NCBI GenBank assembly: GCA_903907925.1
Contig: CAIVQB010000015.1
Span: 1,203-65,202 of the forward strand
DNA length: 64,000 nt
Origin: an uncultured Verrucomicrobiota bacterium
GTDB taxonomy: Bacteria > Verrucomicrobiota > Verrucomicrobiia > Limisphaerales > UBA9464
Direction: 5' to 3'
Below, piece after piece: positions 8,609 through 18,138 of this stretch (positions are counted from its first letter, which is position 1; each line of letters starts with the position of its first letter). The notes under the pieces are model-generated. The model saw nothing but the letters and a program-made list of their open reading frames with translations, was not told where the DNA came from and made no database searches. The position numbers and the translations under genes were made by a program.

Positions 8609-11308
8609 ATGACCTTTTCTCCCGATTCCCCCGAACTGACCGCCTACGTGCTGGGTGAACTTGACCCGGCCACCATCGACGCCCTTGAAACGGCGTTGTC
8701 CGCCTCGCCTGAACTCGCGGCGGAAGTCACCGCACTCCGGCGCACCATGACCTCGCTCTCCGAGGCGTTTGCCGCGGAGCCGGCGGTCGGTCTCGCACCT
8801 GAACAATACGCGACGGTGGTTCAATCCATCGCCGTCCCGACGGCTGCCCCAGCGAGCAACCCATCCGGCCCCGCCCGACCTTCTGCCCAACCGGCATCGA
8901 ATTCGGAAGAATCCTTTTGGTCGATCTGGATCTTCCGCGGTTTCGGATGGCGCGGAGGCGCCCTCCTGGCCGGCGGACTCGCCTTTCTGGTGACCGGTCT
9001 CCTGGTGGTGTTCCCGCCTTCGAACTCGCCAGAGTCCGAATCCGGTCTCCTTCGATACCAACCCGGCCGCACCGCGACGGAAATGGCATCGGCCAAAGCC
9101 GAACTCGCCATCACGCCGGTCCTCGCGTCCAAGGCAAAGAAGATCGCCGCAGTTTCGTCGGGCACGGCTGCCGCAGTTGTTCCGCCCGCTGACGCATATA
9201 AATCCGCGGCACCTGCGTCCGTGACGGTGGTGGATCGTGCCAAGGAAACCCCCGCCCTCGCCTCACGTTTTGGATTGGCCCCGGAGACCCGGACGGAAAC
9301 GCTCGCTCGATTCGACAAGCCGGTGGCTCCGGTAGCCCCATCAGTGAAGGGACTCGACACCGCTTCGCTCTCGCTCGCCGATCAGGCCTCTGCCAATCCG
9401 ACAGTCTGGTCGGCTCCCACACCCAGTGAACTCCCGATGGGACGCGCCCGGCTGGCGGCCTCAACCCAATCCCGTGGGTTCGCACCGAACGGCGTCGCCG
9501 AAACGAAAGTGTCGCTGGCCAAACGAACCGACAAACTGAGCGCCCTCGGTGAACTGGATGCCAACCGGGTGGCGGGTCGCGCGTTGATCGAATCCGAATC
9601 CGCCGGAAAACCGGCGCAGTTGGGCTACAAGCCGTCTTCGGCCCTGGCCGCAGGGGTGAAGGCCAACGGGCCGGCCTATAGCCGCGGTGAAAGTATTCCC
9701 AATGCCTATTTCTATCGGGAGACCCTGGCTGACAGCCAGGTCCCGCCGGCCCAGCGGAGTTTCGGCGAGGCGAAGGCCACCGAAGGTCTTGGTTTGCGCG
9801 TGGAGCAGCAGTTGGCCACGCCGCGGCTGCTGTTCGCGCCCGAGGCCCGGGTTCCGGGTGATGCGTTTGCCCCAGTCGCGGACAATCCCTTCCAAACTGC
9901 TCTGACGGCTCCGCTGTCCACCTTCGGGATGGATGTTGATACCGCCAGCTATTCGATCCTTCGTCGTGTCTTGCGGGAGGGTTCGCTGCCGCCGTCCGAC
10001 GCGGTGCGCCTGGAGGAATTGCTGAATTATTTTTCCTACAACTATCCGCAACCCAAAGGAGATCATCCGCTGGGCGCAACGGTCGATGTCGCCGGTTGCC
10101 CGTGGAACGATGCCCACAAACTGGTTCGCATCGGAGTAAAGGCGCGCGAATTGGCGCGTAACGAACGGCCCCGGTCCAATCTGGTCTTCCTTCTGGATGT
10201 CAGTGGATCGATGTCCCCGGAAAACCGGTTGCCGCTGGTGAAGCGCGCAATGCGGTTGTTGATCGAACGGCTTTCGCCTCAGGACACTGTCGGCATCGTC
10301 ACCTACGCCGGTGAAGCCCGCGTGGCCCTGGAACCGGTGGGCATCAGTCCAGAGGGACGCCAACAGGTCAGTGATGTCCTGGAAACCCTCGTGGCCGGCA
10401 GTGGAACCCATGGCAGTGCGGGAATTCAGAATGCCTATGCGATGGCCACCAATCATTTCATCCGCGGTGGTGTGAACCGGGTGATCCTTTGCACCGACGG
10501 CGATTTCAACGTGGGCATCACCGATCGCGAACAGCTCCTGACCCTGATCACCGCTCGGGCCCACTCGGGGGTCTTTCTGAGCGTGCTCGGATTCGGCATG
10601 GACAACCTGAAGGATTCGACGCTGGAACTGCTCGCCGATCGTGGAAACGGCAACTACGCCTACATCGATTCCTTCGCCGAGGCGCGCAAGGTACTCGTCA
10701 GCCAGCTCGATGGAACACTGGTCACGGTGGCCAAGGATGCCAAGATTCAGGTTGAGTTCAATCCGGCACGGGTCGCCCGTTACCGCCTGCTCGGTTACGA
10801 AAAGCGCCTGCTACGCGACCGCGATTTCAATGATGACACCAAGGACGCCGGGGAGGTGGGGGCGGGGCATTCGGTGACCGTGCTCTACGAAATTGAGCCG
10901 GTCGCCGGAACCGGTCCGGGCGTCGATCCACTGCGATACAAGTCGGCCGGTACTGCCGGTGGAACAACGGGTGAGGGTGCCGTTACCCGCGAACGTGCTG
11001 TTCACACCGACGAACTGTTGAATCTCAAGATCCGGTACAAACTTCCCGACGGCGACACCAGCCGGTTGATGCAGCAGGCGGTGAAGGACGGGGATTTGGA
11101 CTTCGCCAAGGCGTCCACGGATTTCAAGTTCGCCGCCGCGGTCACCGGCTACGGGCTCCTGCTGCGCCACTCGCCTTATGCCGGTGATCTGACCTGGGAA
11201 AAGGTGCTGCGTTTCGCCGAACAAGGCCAGGGGTCCGATCCCGACGGCTACCGCGCCGAGTTCATCGACCTCGCCCGCAAGGCTCAGTCGCTCCGCGGCC
11301 AGCCCTGA
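8609..11308 (+). CDS. anti-sigma N-terminal domain fused to a YfbK-like von Willebrand factor A protein
   Basis: The gene starts 19 nt after the sigma gene. The N-terminus (LTAYVLGELDPATIDALETALSASPELAAEV) is anti-sigma-like, followed by a TM helix (ALLAGGLAFLVTGLLVVF) and an A/P/S-rich linker. Then come a vWA N-terminal motif (NPFQTALTAPLSTFGMDVDTASY), the MIDAS motif DVSGSM, and a C-terminal DUF3520-like region. Confidence 0.85.
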   Translation: MTFSPDSPELTAYVLGELDPATIDALETALSASPELAAEVTALRRTMTSLSEAFAAEPAVGLAPEQYATVVQSIAVPTAAPASNPSGPARPSAQPASNSEESFWSIWIFRGFGWRGGALLAGGLAFLVTGLLVVFPPSNSPESESGLLRYQPGRTATEMASAKAELAITPVLASKAKKIAAVSSGTAAAVVPPADAYKSAAPASVTVVDRAKETPALASRFGLAPETRTETLARFDKPVAPVAPSVKGLDTASLSLADQASANPTVWSAPTPSELPMGRARLAASTQSRGFAPNGVAETKVSLAKRTDKLSALGELDANRVAGRALIESESAGKPAQLGYKPSSALAAGVKANGPAYSRGESIPNAYFYRETLADSQVPPAQRSFGEAKATEGLGLRVEQQLATPRLLFAPEARVPGDAFAPVADNPFQTALTAPLSTFGMDVDTASYSILRRVLREGSLPPSDAVRLEELLNYFSYNYPQPKGDHPLGATVDVAGCPWNDAHKLVRIGVKARELARNERPRSNLVFLLDVSGSMSPENRLPLVKRAMRLLIERLSPQDTVGIVTYAGEARVALEPVGISPEGRQQVSDVLETLVAGSGTHGSAGIQNAYAMATNHFIRGGVNRVILCTDGDFNVGITDREQLLTLITARAHSGVFLSVLGFGMDNLKDSTLELLADRGNGNYAYIDSFAEARKVLVSQLDGTLVTVAKDAKIQVEFNPARVARYRLLGYEKRLLRDRDFNDDTKDAGEVGAGHSVTVLYEIEPVAGTGPGVDPLRYKSAGTAGGTTGEGAVTRERAVHTDELLNLKIRYKLPDGDTSRLMQQAVKDGDLDFAKASTDFKFAAAVTGYGLLLRHSPYAGDLTWEKVLRFAEQGQGSDPDGYRAEFIDLARKAQSLRGQP

Positions 11309-11354
11309 CCACACTGGGTCTGTTATCGCAATCCCCTGCGCCACATCCCATCTC

Positions 11355-11969
11355 ATGAAACACCTTCGAATTCCGCTGGCCGTCCTTGTGCTCGTGCTGA
11401 CGTTGCTTCCGGCCCGGGCGTTGATGATCCGCTACGAGCGGCAGCCGGTGAATTGCTCGGGCTGGTCGCAGGGTCTCGCGGATTTGGTGAATCATCCGGC
11501 CCGGGTGGGCGGGCAGTTGGGTCCGTTTGGATGCACCGGGACGTTCTGGTATGCCGGTGATCAAAACGTGTTGAACGGAGTGATCGCGCAGTATTCGCGG
11601 CTCACCGGAACCAACGAAACCAGCGGGACGGTGAACCTCAGTACGATGCCGGCCGAGGGCGGAATATCGGTTGCGGTTTCGATCGATGGATCGGTGACGC
11701 TGACGGTTCACTGCGCGGGACCGGACGATCTCGCCGGCTTGAAGGTGCCGGTCTCGCTGACCGTGGTTCGATTGGATGCCGGAACGGTGTTGCCGCCCCG
11801 GAAAGATGGAGAGGCTCTGGATCGGGCGATCCGACGGTTTGTCAAACAGCACGCGAAGAAACAGGCGCGTCTTCCAAAAACGTCTCCCGCCCCACCCTCC
11901 GCGGAGTTTGAGTTTCCGCGACTGCCCGGTTCGGAACCGGCGGCCGATTCAAAGCGCCGCCCGGAGTAG
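11355..11969 (+). CDS. secreted hypothetical protein
   Basis: Signal peptide MKHLRIPLAVLVLVLTLLPARA. Same strand as, and 47 nt after, the anti-sigma::vWA gene. No recognisable domain. Confidence 0.55.
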   Translation: MKHLRIPLAVLVLVLTLLPARALMIRYERQPVNCSGWSQGLADLVNHPARVGGQLGPFGCTGTFWYAGDQNVLNGVIAQYSRLTGTNETSGTVNLSTMPAEGGISVAVSIDGSVTLTVHCAGPDDLAGLKVPVSLTVVRLDAGTVLPPRKDGEALDRAIRRFVKQHAKKQARLPKTSPAPPSAEFEFPRLPGSEPAADSKRRPE

Positions 11970-13109
11970 ATTCACCAATTCATTCCGAGAAAAGACCACC
12001 GGGTTCCCCTTCATGCTGCCGGCGACGGTGGCCTTCGCGGCGATGGCTTCAAAATCGTTTTCGGTGATGCCCCAGTGACGGAGTCCGGGGATTCCCGCCG
12101 TGGCGACGTGACGCTGGATCCATTCGATGCCGTCATCGGCAGTGGCGGCGTTGGTTCCGATGAGGCATTGGGCCACTTCGGTGAAACGGTCCAGCGTGGC
12201 GGATTGCGGTGAGTGTTGCCGCAGCCGATTCCGGTTGGCGGCAAACACTGGAGCGAGAAGCGCAGCGCAGATCGCGCCATGCGGTGCGGGAAACATGCCG
12301 CCGATCGGTCCGGCAAATCCGTGGACTGCTCCCAATCCGGCATTCGCCAGTGCGAGGCCGCCGAACAGGCTGGCGAGCGCGATATCTTCCCGGGCGGTCG
12401 CATCGCTGCCGTCATTCAAGACCTTCGGAAACGATCGGCCAAACCGCAGAATCCCATCGCGGCAGAGCGCATCGGTGATCGGGTTGGCCTTGATGGAAAC
12501 GAAGGGTTCGATGAGTTGAGTGAGGGCATCGAGACCGGTGGTGGCGGTGAGATGGCGCGGGAGTCCAATCGTGAGATCGGAGTCCACCACGGCCAGGCCC
12601 GGCAGCATCAACGGGCTGCGGAGGCTGACTTTGACCCGATGTTCCGGCACCGCCAGGACGGCATTGCGGGTGACTTCCGCGCCGGTCCCGGCGGTGGTGG
12701 GCAGAGCAACAAACGGCAGCGGCGTCTCGGTCAACGGCATTCCGAGGCCGACAATTTCCAGATAGTCGAGGAGGTCGCGCCGGTTGGTCACCAGCGCGGC
12801 GATCGCCTTTCCGGCATCAATCACACTGCCGCCGCCGCAGGACAACACCCACCGGCATCCTGCATCGCGCGCGCACTCGACCCCTTCCAAAACCAGCACG
12901 ACATCGGGCTCCCCGGGCACGAGAAATGGAACGAGTTCGATTCCTGCCGCCTGAAGTGACGCCGCAGCGGCTGCGGCGCGGGCGGGGGTCGAACCGGTCA
13001 CGAACAAAACCCGGTCGCCGAATCCGCGCGTCAAGGTTCCCAAGTCCGACACCCGGCCGCGTCCGAAAACGATCCGGGTGGCGGTGGCGAATTCAAAAGG
13101 GGACGGCAT
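11949..13109 (-). CDS. iron-containing (group III) alcohol dehydrogenase family protein
   Basis: Motifs SCGGGSVIDAGKAIA and ALPTTAGTGAEVT plus a C-terminal His-rich metal site region. 386 aa. Confidence 0.9.
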   Translation of the reverse strand: MPSPFEFATATRIVFGRGRVSDLGTLTRGFGDRVLFVTGSTPARAAAAAASLQAAGIELVPFLVPGEPDVVLVLEGVECARDAGCRWVLSCGGGSVIDAGKAIAALVTNRRDLLDYLEIVGLGMPLTETPLPFVALPTTAGTGAEVTRNAVLAVPEHRVKVSLRSPLMLPGLAVVDSDLTIGLPRHLTATTGLDALTQLIEPFVSIKANPITDALCRDGILRFGRSFPKVLNDGSDATAREDIALASLFGGLALANAGLGAVHGFAGPIGGMFPAPHGAICAALLAPVFAANRNRLRQHSPQSATLDRFTEVAQCLIGTNAATADDGIEWIQRHVATAGIPGLRHWGITENDFEAIAAKATVAGSMKGNPVVFSRNELVNLLRAAL

Positions 13110-13142
13110 CGAATTCCGGAGTTGTTCGCGGAACCAGCCGGT

Positions 13143-13436
13143 TCAACGCGGTTCCACGTCGGTGTAATTCAACGCTGATCGAGGCGCCGCCATCATAGGG
13201 GCGGCGGTTTCGCGCCACGCCAGATAGTGCGGCGTTTCCCGATGACGCAACTGCGCGTCGGCATCGCGATACTCCTCGATCAACAGGAAGCGCTCCGGTG
13301 CATCGGCCTGCTGGAGCAGGTCAAATTGGGTAATCCCCGGTTCTTGCCGTGACGCCCGCACGTTGAGCCGGGTGGCTGCGCGGAACGCCTCAATGCAGTC
13401 GGGTTTGACCTGGACCTGAATGATGGCGGTGAACAT
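13143..13436 (-). CDS. antibiotic-biosynthesis-monooxygenase (ABM/Dabb) domain protein
   Basis: ATG at 13436 gives a 97-aa product (MFTAIIQVQVKPDCIEAFRAAT...FLLIEEYRDADAQLRHRETPHYLAWRE), typical of the ferredoxin-like ABM fold. Confidence 0.75.
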   Translation of the reverse strand: MFTAIIQVQVKPDCIEAFRAATRLNVRASRQEPGITQFDLLQQADAPERFLLIEEYRDADAQLRHRETPHYLAWRETAAPMMAAPRSALNYTDVEPR

Positions 13437-13474
13437 GGATGCCGATAGTGTTCGGAGTTCGCTGCGGAACCAGG

Positions 13475-14932
13475 TCAGGCACCGTGGATCAGATTCTCGT
13501 ACAGGCTCACGTAATGGCGCGCCTGTCGTTCCCATGAAAAATCGGCGAGCATGCCGTTGGTGCGGTAATGGGCGTGAAGCTCGGGAACAGCGTACAGGGC
13601 GATCGCCTTTCGGATGGCGTGGGCCAGCGCTTCGGAGGTGGGTTCGGAGAATTTGATGCCCGTCGCGGTCTCGGCGCTTTCACGGACATCGACCACCGAA
13701 TCATCGAGTCCCCCGGTGGCCCGGACCACGGGAATGGTGCCGTACCGCAGTGAATACAACTGGTTGAGTCCGCAGGGTTCGAACCGTGACGGCATCAGAT
13801 AGAAGTCCGCTCCGGCTTCCAGGCGGTGAGCCAATTGCGGATCGAATCCGATCCGGACGGCAATCCGCTCGGGATGCAGCAGGGCCAGGGCGCGATATCC
13901 GGCCTCCAGGACTGGATCGCCGCTGCCGAGCAGGCCAAATTGAAGTTTCTCGCCGGTGGCCAGCACCTGTTCGAGCGCTGCCAATTGCAGATCAGCGCCC
14001 TTCTGATCCGTCAGGCGGGTGATGTTGGTGAACAGCGGAACGACAGCATCGATTGGAAGCCCCAGCTCCTTCTGCAACTCCGCCTTGTTCGCCGCCTTCC
14101 CGGCCGGATGCGAAACATCATAGGCGTGTTTCAACGCCGGATTGTGGATGGTGTTCCACTCGTCGTAGTCCACGCCGTTCAGAATCCCGATCAATTCGTG
14201 TTCCCGTCGCCGAAGGAGCGGGTCGAGTCCACACCCGAATTCAGTGGTGCAGATTTCCCGGGCGTAACGCGGGCTCACGGTGGACAGCGCATCGGAGAGA
14301 TTGAGTCCGGCTTTCAGGCAGTTGAGCTGTTGATAGGCCTCGGCACTTTCACGGTAGAACCAGGATGATGGGAGATTTGTGAAACCGAAGGCGGCGGCTG
14401 GAAACCATCCCTGATAGGCGAGATTATGAATCGTCAGCAGGGTTTTCGGTGCGACGTGCCATTTGCCGCTGTCATGCGCTTCACGCACCAGCATCGGGAC
14501 CAGTCCGGCCTGCCAATCGTGACATTGCAACACCTGGACGGGGTTCGGCAGGTGCCGCGTCAGCAGGACGGCCGCCTTGGCGAAGAAACAGAACCGGGCC
14601 GCATTGTCCGGATAGTCGACGTTGCGCTCGTTGTAGATGCCCGCCCGGTCAAAGAATTCCGGTTGATCGACAAACCACAGCGTCAGGTTGGGTTCGGGTT
14701 CCAGTTTCCAAAACTCCCCGGAGACCAACGCGGAACCGAGCGGAATGTCGAACCGCCATTGGGCTGGCTTCAATCCCGGATGCCGCGCCCGGATGCCCCG
14801 ATACAACGGCGTGACCACGTCCACTTGATGCCCGGCCCGCGCCAGCGCCTGGGTCAGGGCACCCACCATGTCGGCCAGCCCACCCGTCTTGCTGAAGGGG
14901 TGCAGCTCGCTCGCCGCATGGACGATATGCAT
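13475..14932 (-). CDS. glgA: glycogen synthase (ADP-glucose type, GT5)
   Basis: N-terminus MHIVHAASELHPFSKTGGLADMVGAL (KTGGL motif) and a C-terminal GT-B region (PSRFEPCGLNQLYSLRYGTIPVVRATGGLDDSV). Confidence 0.9.
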   Translation of the reverse strand: MHIVHAASELHPFSKTGGLADMVGALTQALARAGHQVDVVTPLYRGIRARHPGLKPAQWRFDIPLGSALVSGEFWKLEPEPNLTLWFVDQPEFFDRAGIYNERNVDYPDNAARFCFFAKAAVLLTRHLPNPVQVLQCHDWQAGLVPMLVREAHDSGKWHVAPKTLLTIHNLAYQGWFPAAAFGFTNLPSSWFYRESAEAYQQLNCLKAGLNLSDALSTVSPRYAREICTTEFGCGLDPLLRRREHELIGILNGVDYDEWNTIHNPALKHAYDVSHPAGKAANKAELQKELGLPIDAVVPLFTNITRLTDQKGADLQLAALEQVLATGEKLQFGLLGSGDPVLEAGYRALALLHPERIAVRIGFDPQLAHRLEAGADFYLMPSRFEPCGLNQLYSLRYGTIPVVRATGGLDDSVVDVRESAETATGIKFSEPTSEALAHAIRKAIALYAVPELHAHYRTNGMLADFSWERQARHYVSLYENLIHGA

Positions 14933-15010
14933 GGCGGACGGTCGCAACACGCCGGCTGCTCTCACAAGCGGGAAAAGCCGCTGAATGCCGGCGCGGCGTG
15001 AAACCCAGAA

Positions 15011-17470
15011 TCAGGCCAGGATCTTCAACCGATCCGGATCGACTGGCGTCCGGGCGTGGAACGTGGCCGGCTGCTGGGTTCCGTTGAGCAGGATTTCGTA
15101 GCGCCCGGTGGCGAGGTATTCCGGGGTGACGATTTCCGTGCCACGAATGTAGGCCATCGCCACGGAACGACCTGTGGTGTGGCCATACGCACCGCTGGTG
15201 GTGTAGCCCACTGCCACGCCGTTCCGGAACACCGGTTCACTTCCCCACAAGACCGGTTCAGGATTGTCCAGCGTCAGCAGGGCGAGGCGTTTCTTCAGTC
15301 CACGGGCCCGTTGTTCCAGCAACGCCTCGCGTCCGATGAATCCGCCCGGCTTATCCCATGACACCGCGAATCCCAATCCAGCTTCGAGCGGGGTTTCGTC
15401 CGGACTCAATTCCCCGCCAATCGCCCGGTAGCCCTTCTCCAATCGCAACGATTGAATCGAGTAGTGACCCGCATTGGCGACGCCCAGATCGCGACCGGTG
15501 GCCCAGAGCAAATCGTACACTGGAAGGGTTTGTTCGACCGGGATGTGAAGCTCCCAACCCAGCTCACCGACGTAGGTGAGCCGGATGGCCCGCACGGTGG
15601 TGGGTCCGATCGCGATCGAACGGGCGGTGCCGAACGGGAAGCCGGCGTTCGAAAGGTCGGCATCGGTCAATCGGGCCAGTAGCGTCCGCGAGTTCGGACC
15701 CATCACCCCGATCACGCCGTGGGAGTTGGTGACATCGGTGACGGTGACCCGCGCTCCGTCGGGAAGATTGCGTCGGATCCAGTCTCGATCCCGCACGCCC
15801 TGGGTGCTGCCGGTGATCAACAGGAAGGAGTCCGCGCCGGTGCGGACGACGGTGAGATCGCTTTCAATGCCGCCGCGGGAATTGAGCAACGCGGTGTAGA
15901 CCACGCGTTCCGCGGCGACATCCACGTTGTTGGCGCAAAGGCGTTGCAGAACGGTCAGCGCGTCGGGTCCCGACACCTGGAGTTTGGCGAACCCGGATTG
16001 GTCGAACAGGGCGACGGCCTCCCGCGCGGCGCGATGTTCCGCGGCGTGATTTTGGAACCAGTTCTGACGTCCGAAACTATACTCCATCACCGGCCGTGCC
16101 GCGTGTCCGGGTCGATCGCTGGTGAACCAATTGGGACGTTCCCAGCCGCCCTTCTGCCCGAAGCAGGCGCCGGCGGCGGCGAGCCGTTCGTGCAACGGCG
16201 ACAGACGCAAGCCGCGACCGGTCTCGGATTCGCGATTCGGCCAGGCCATTTGATAGTGGAGGCCGAGCACCTCCACCACGCGGGATCGCAGGAAGCTCCG
16301 ATTGTTGGCCCAACCTCCGAAACGCCGCACGTCCACGCTGGAAAGATCCAATGACGGCTGACCGTCGATCATCCATTCGGCGAGGTATTTTCCGGCACCG
16401 CCGGCGCTGGCGATCCCCACCGAATTGAATCCGCAGGCGACGAACAGGTTCCGCAGTTCGGGCGTTTCGCCCATTAGGAAGTTGTTGTCGGGCGTGAAAC
16501 TCTCCGGCCCGTTGACGAACTTCTGGAATCCGCTGGTTTCCAAGGCGGGGATGCGGTGCTTCCCGTGCCGCAATGGTTCGGCGAATTTCTCCCAATCGGG
16601 TTCGAGCAATTGAAATGAGAACCCGGGTGGAACCGCGTCCACCGCCCACGCCTTGGATTCCGCCTGGAATGCCCCGAGCATGACGGAATCGCCTTCGCCT
16701 CGGAAATAGAGGCAGAGATCGGGGTCGCGTCCGACGGGGAGTTCGTCGAAGGCGCCCGGGATGGGATTGCTGACCGCGTAGTGGTGCTCCACCGGATGCA
16801 GCGGCAGCGAGACCCCGCAGCGCAGACCGAGTTCGCGTGCCCACATGCCGCCAGTGAGGACCACGTATTCCGCTTCAATGGTTCCGGCAGAGGTTTCGAC
16901 CCCGGTGGCGCGGCTGTTGCGATGCTGGATTCCGGTGACGCGGATTCCCTCGACGATCGTCGCCCCACGGGAGCGCGCGCCCTGCGCGAGGGCGTAGGTG
17001 ACTTCTTTGGGAATGACCTTGCCGTCGTGCGGCAGCCAGGCTGCGCCGAGGATGTCATCGATCCGGAGCAGCGGCCATTTCGCCAGGGCTTCCTCGGCGG
17101 AGATGAGGCGCGATTCGATGCCGAACCATTCGGCCATAGCGAGAGTGCGACGAAGCTGGGTCATGCGCGCCTCCGACCGGCCGAGGATCAGGCTGCCGAC
17201 CTGTTTCCATCCGGTGGGATGACCGGTGGCGGCCTCGAGACCCTGGTACAACTCGGCGCTGTATTTGTTGATCGCGGTCAGGCTGGTGGAGGTGCGAAGC
17301 CGTCCGACCAGACCGGCCGCGTGCCAGGTGGTGCCCCCCGCGAGGAGATTCTGTTCGAGCACGACGACATCGCGCCAGCCGAGCAGGGTGAGATGGTAGG
17401 CCAGACTGCAGCCGGCAATGCCGCCGCCGATGATGACGACGCGGGTGGACGAGGGCAGGGAAGCGCTCAC
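15011..17470 (-). CDS. FAD-dependent oxidoreductase fused to a GcvT-like aminomethyltransferase domain (dimethylglycine/sarcosine dehydrogenase family)
   Basis: GTG start. DAO-type Rossmann motif (VVIIGGGIAGCSLAYHL), and a C-terminal folate-binding GcvT region (LTYVGELGWELHIP, LRLEKGY). 819 aa. Confidence 0.88.
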   Translation of the reverse strand: MSASLPSSTRVVIIGGGIAGCSLAYHLTLLGWRDVVVLEQNLLAGGTTWHAAGLVGRLRTSTSLTAINKYSAELYQGLEAATGHPTGWKQVGSLILGRSEARMTQLRRTLAMAEWFGIESRLISAEEALAKWPLLRIDDILGAAWLPHDGKVIPKEVTYALAQGARSRGATIVEGIRVTGIQHRNSRATGVETSAGTIEAEYVVLTGGMWARELGLRCGVSLPLHPVEHHYAVSNPIPGAFDELPVGRDPDLCLYFRGEGDSVMLGAFQAESKAWAVDAVPPGFSFQLLEPDWEKFAEPLRHGKHRIPALETSGFQKFVNGPESFTPDNNFLMGETPELRNLFVACGFNSVGIASAGGAGKYLAEWMIDGQPSLDLSSVDVRRFGGWANNRSFLRSRVVEVLGLHYQMAWPNRESETGRGLRLSPLHERLAAAGACFGQKGGWERPNWFTSDRPGHAARPVMEYSFGRQNWFQNHAAEHRAAREAVALFDQSGFAKLQVSGPDALTVLQRLCANNVDVAAERVVYTALLNSRGGIESDLTVVRTGADSFLLITGSTQGVRDRDWIRRNLPDGARVTVTDVTNSHGVIGVMGPNSRTLLARLTDADLSNAGFPFGTARSIAIGPTTVRAIRLTYVGELGWELHIPVEQTLPVYDLLWATGRDLGVANAGHYSIQSLRLEKGYRAIGGELSPDETPLEAGLGFAVSWDKPGGFIGREALLEQRARGLKKRLALLTLDNPEPVLWGSEPVFRNGVAVGYTTSGAYGHTTGRSVAMAYIRGTEIVTPEYLATGRYEILLNGTQQPATFHARTPVDPDRLKILA

Positions 17471-17540
17471 CGCGAAGACTTACCGCGCCCGCCAATTCGG
17501 CGACAGCCCCGATTCGGGTGATGGACCGAGCCGGCGGAGA

Positions 17541-17588
17541 GTTGAACGGTTGAAGGGTTGAAGGGTTGAAGGGTTGAAGGGTTCAGCG
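17541..17588. repeat. tandem 8-bp repeat GTTGAAGG (4 perfect copies flanked by 2 degenerate copies)
   Basis: Read directly: gttgaacg gttgaagg gttgaagg gttgaagg gttgaagg gttcagcg. It lies in the divergent intergenic region between 15011..17470(-) and 17713..18117(+). Confidence 0.9.
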
Positions 17589-17712
17589 CCAACGGCGCGA
17601 TCCCATACCAGCCTTGGGCATCGCCCAAGGAAGAAGCCCGCTGGCCCGATGCTTCAGTGAATGGCCTCTTTTCCTTTGCTGAATCGGCGGTCAACGTGCG
17701 CTGCGTAGTCGA

Positions 17713-18117
17713 ATGGAACAGAGCGTCACAATGAACCCTCGTCGTCGATCTCGAATTGCGGTAGCGGCGGTGGTGATGGCAACGGTCGTGGCCGCCTTTT
17801 GGATTTTTCGAACGACCCGTCCGAAAACGATCGGGGCTCTGTCTGCTTCTGATCGGGAGACGATCGTCGGGCTCGTCGGCAAAAAATCATCCGTGCGCTT
17901 GGTGGATGCCATCCGAAGCGGGCAGACCGCGGTTCTGGGTGACTGGATCCACGATTGGGTTCTGGACTGGCGCAACGGCCGGGTGCTCCAAATCGAAGTG
18001 GTGGCGACCAATCGTTTCAACGTCCTGATTGCAACCTCGATTCCCCACCAGGCGAAGGTGCCCACCGTCGAACGACGGTGGGGCGTGTGGCGAGTGCTAG
18101 ACCGCCCGTTGCAATGA
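17713..18117 (+). CDS. hypothetical membrane-anchored protein
   Basis: ATG start. An Arg-rich N-terminus is followed by a TM helix (IAVAAVVMATVVAAFWIF). No recognisable domain. Confidence 0.45.
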   Translation: MEQSVTMNPRRRSRIAVAAVVMATVVAAFWIFRTTRPKTIGALSASDRETIVGLVGKKSSVRLVDAIRSGQTAVLGDWIHDWVLDWRNGRVLQIEVVATNRFNVLIATSIPHQAKVPTVERRWGVWRVLDRPLQ

Positions 18118-18138
18118 CCGGCTCAGTGCCTTCGTTGC

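Noticed and set aside
11949-11969. 21-nt tail-to-tail overlap between the secreted hypothetical gene (plus strand) and the alcohol dehydrogenase gene (minus strand).
   Set aside because: Convergent 3' overlaps of this size are common in compact high-GC genomes. This one may also reflect slight over-extension of the hypothetical ORF. It is not considered biologically notable.
17541-17588. Checked whether the tandem repeat, or any other region, could be a CRISPR array.
   Set aside because: The unit is only 8 bp with no spacers. I saw no array of 25-40 bp direct repeats separated by unique spacers anywhere in the window, and no cas genes.
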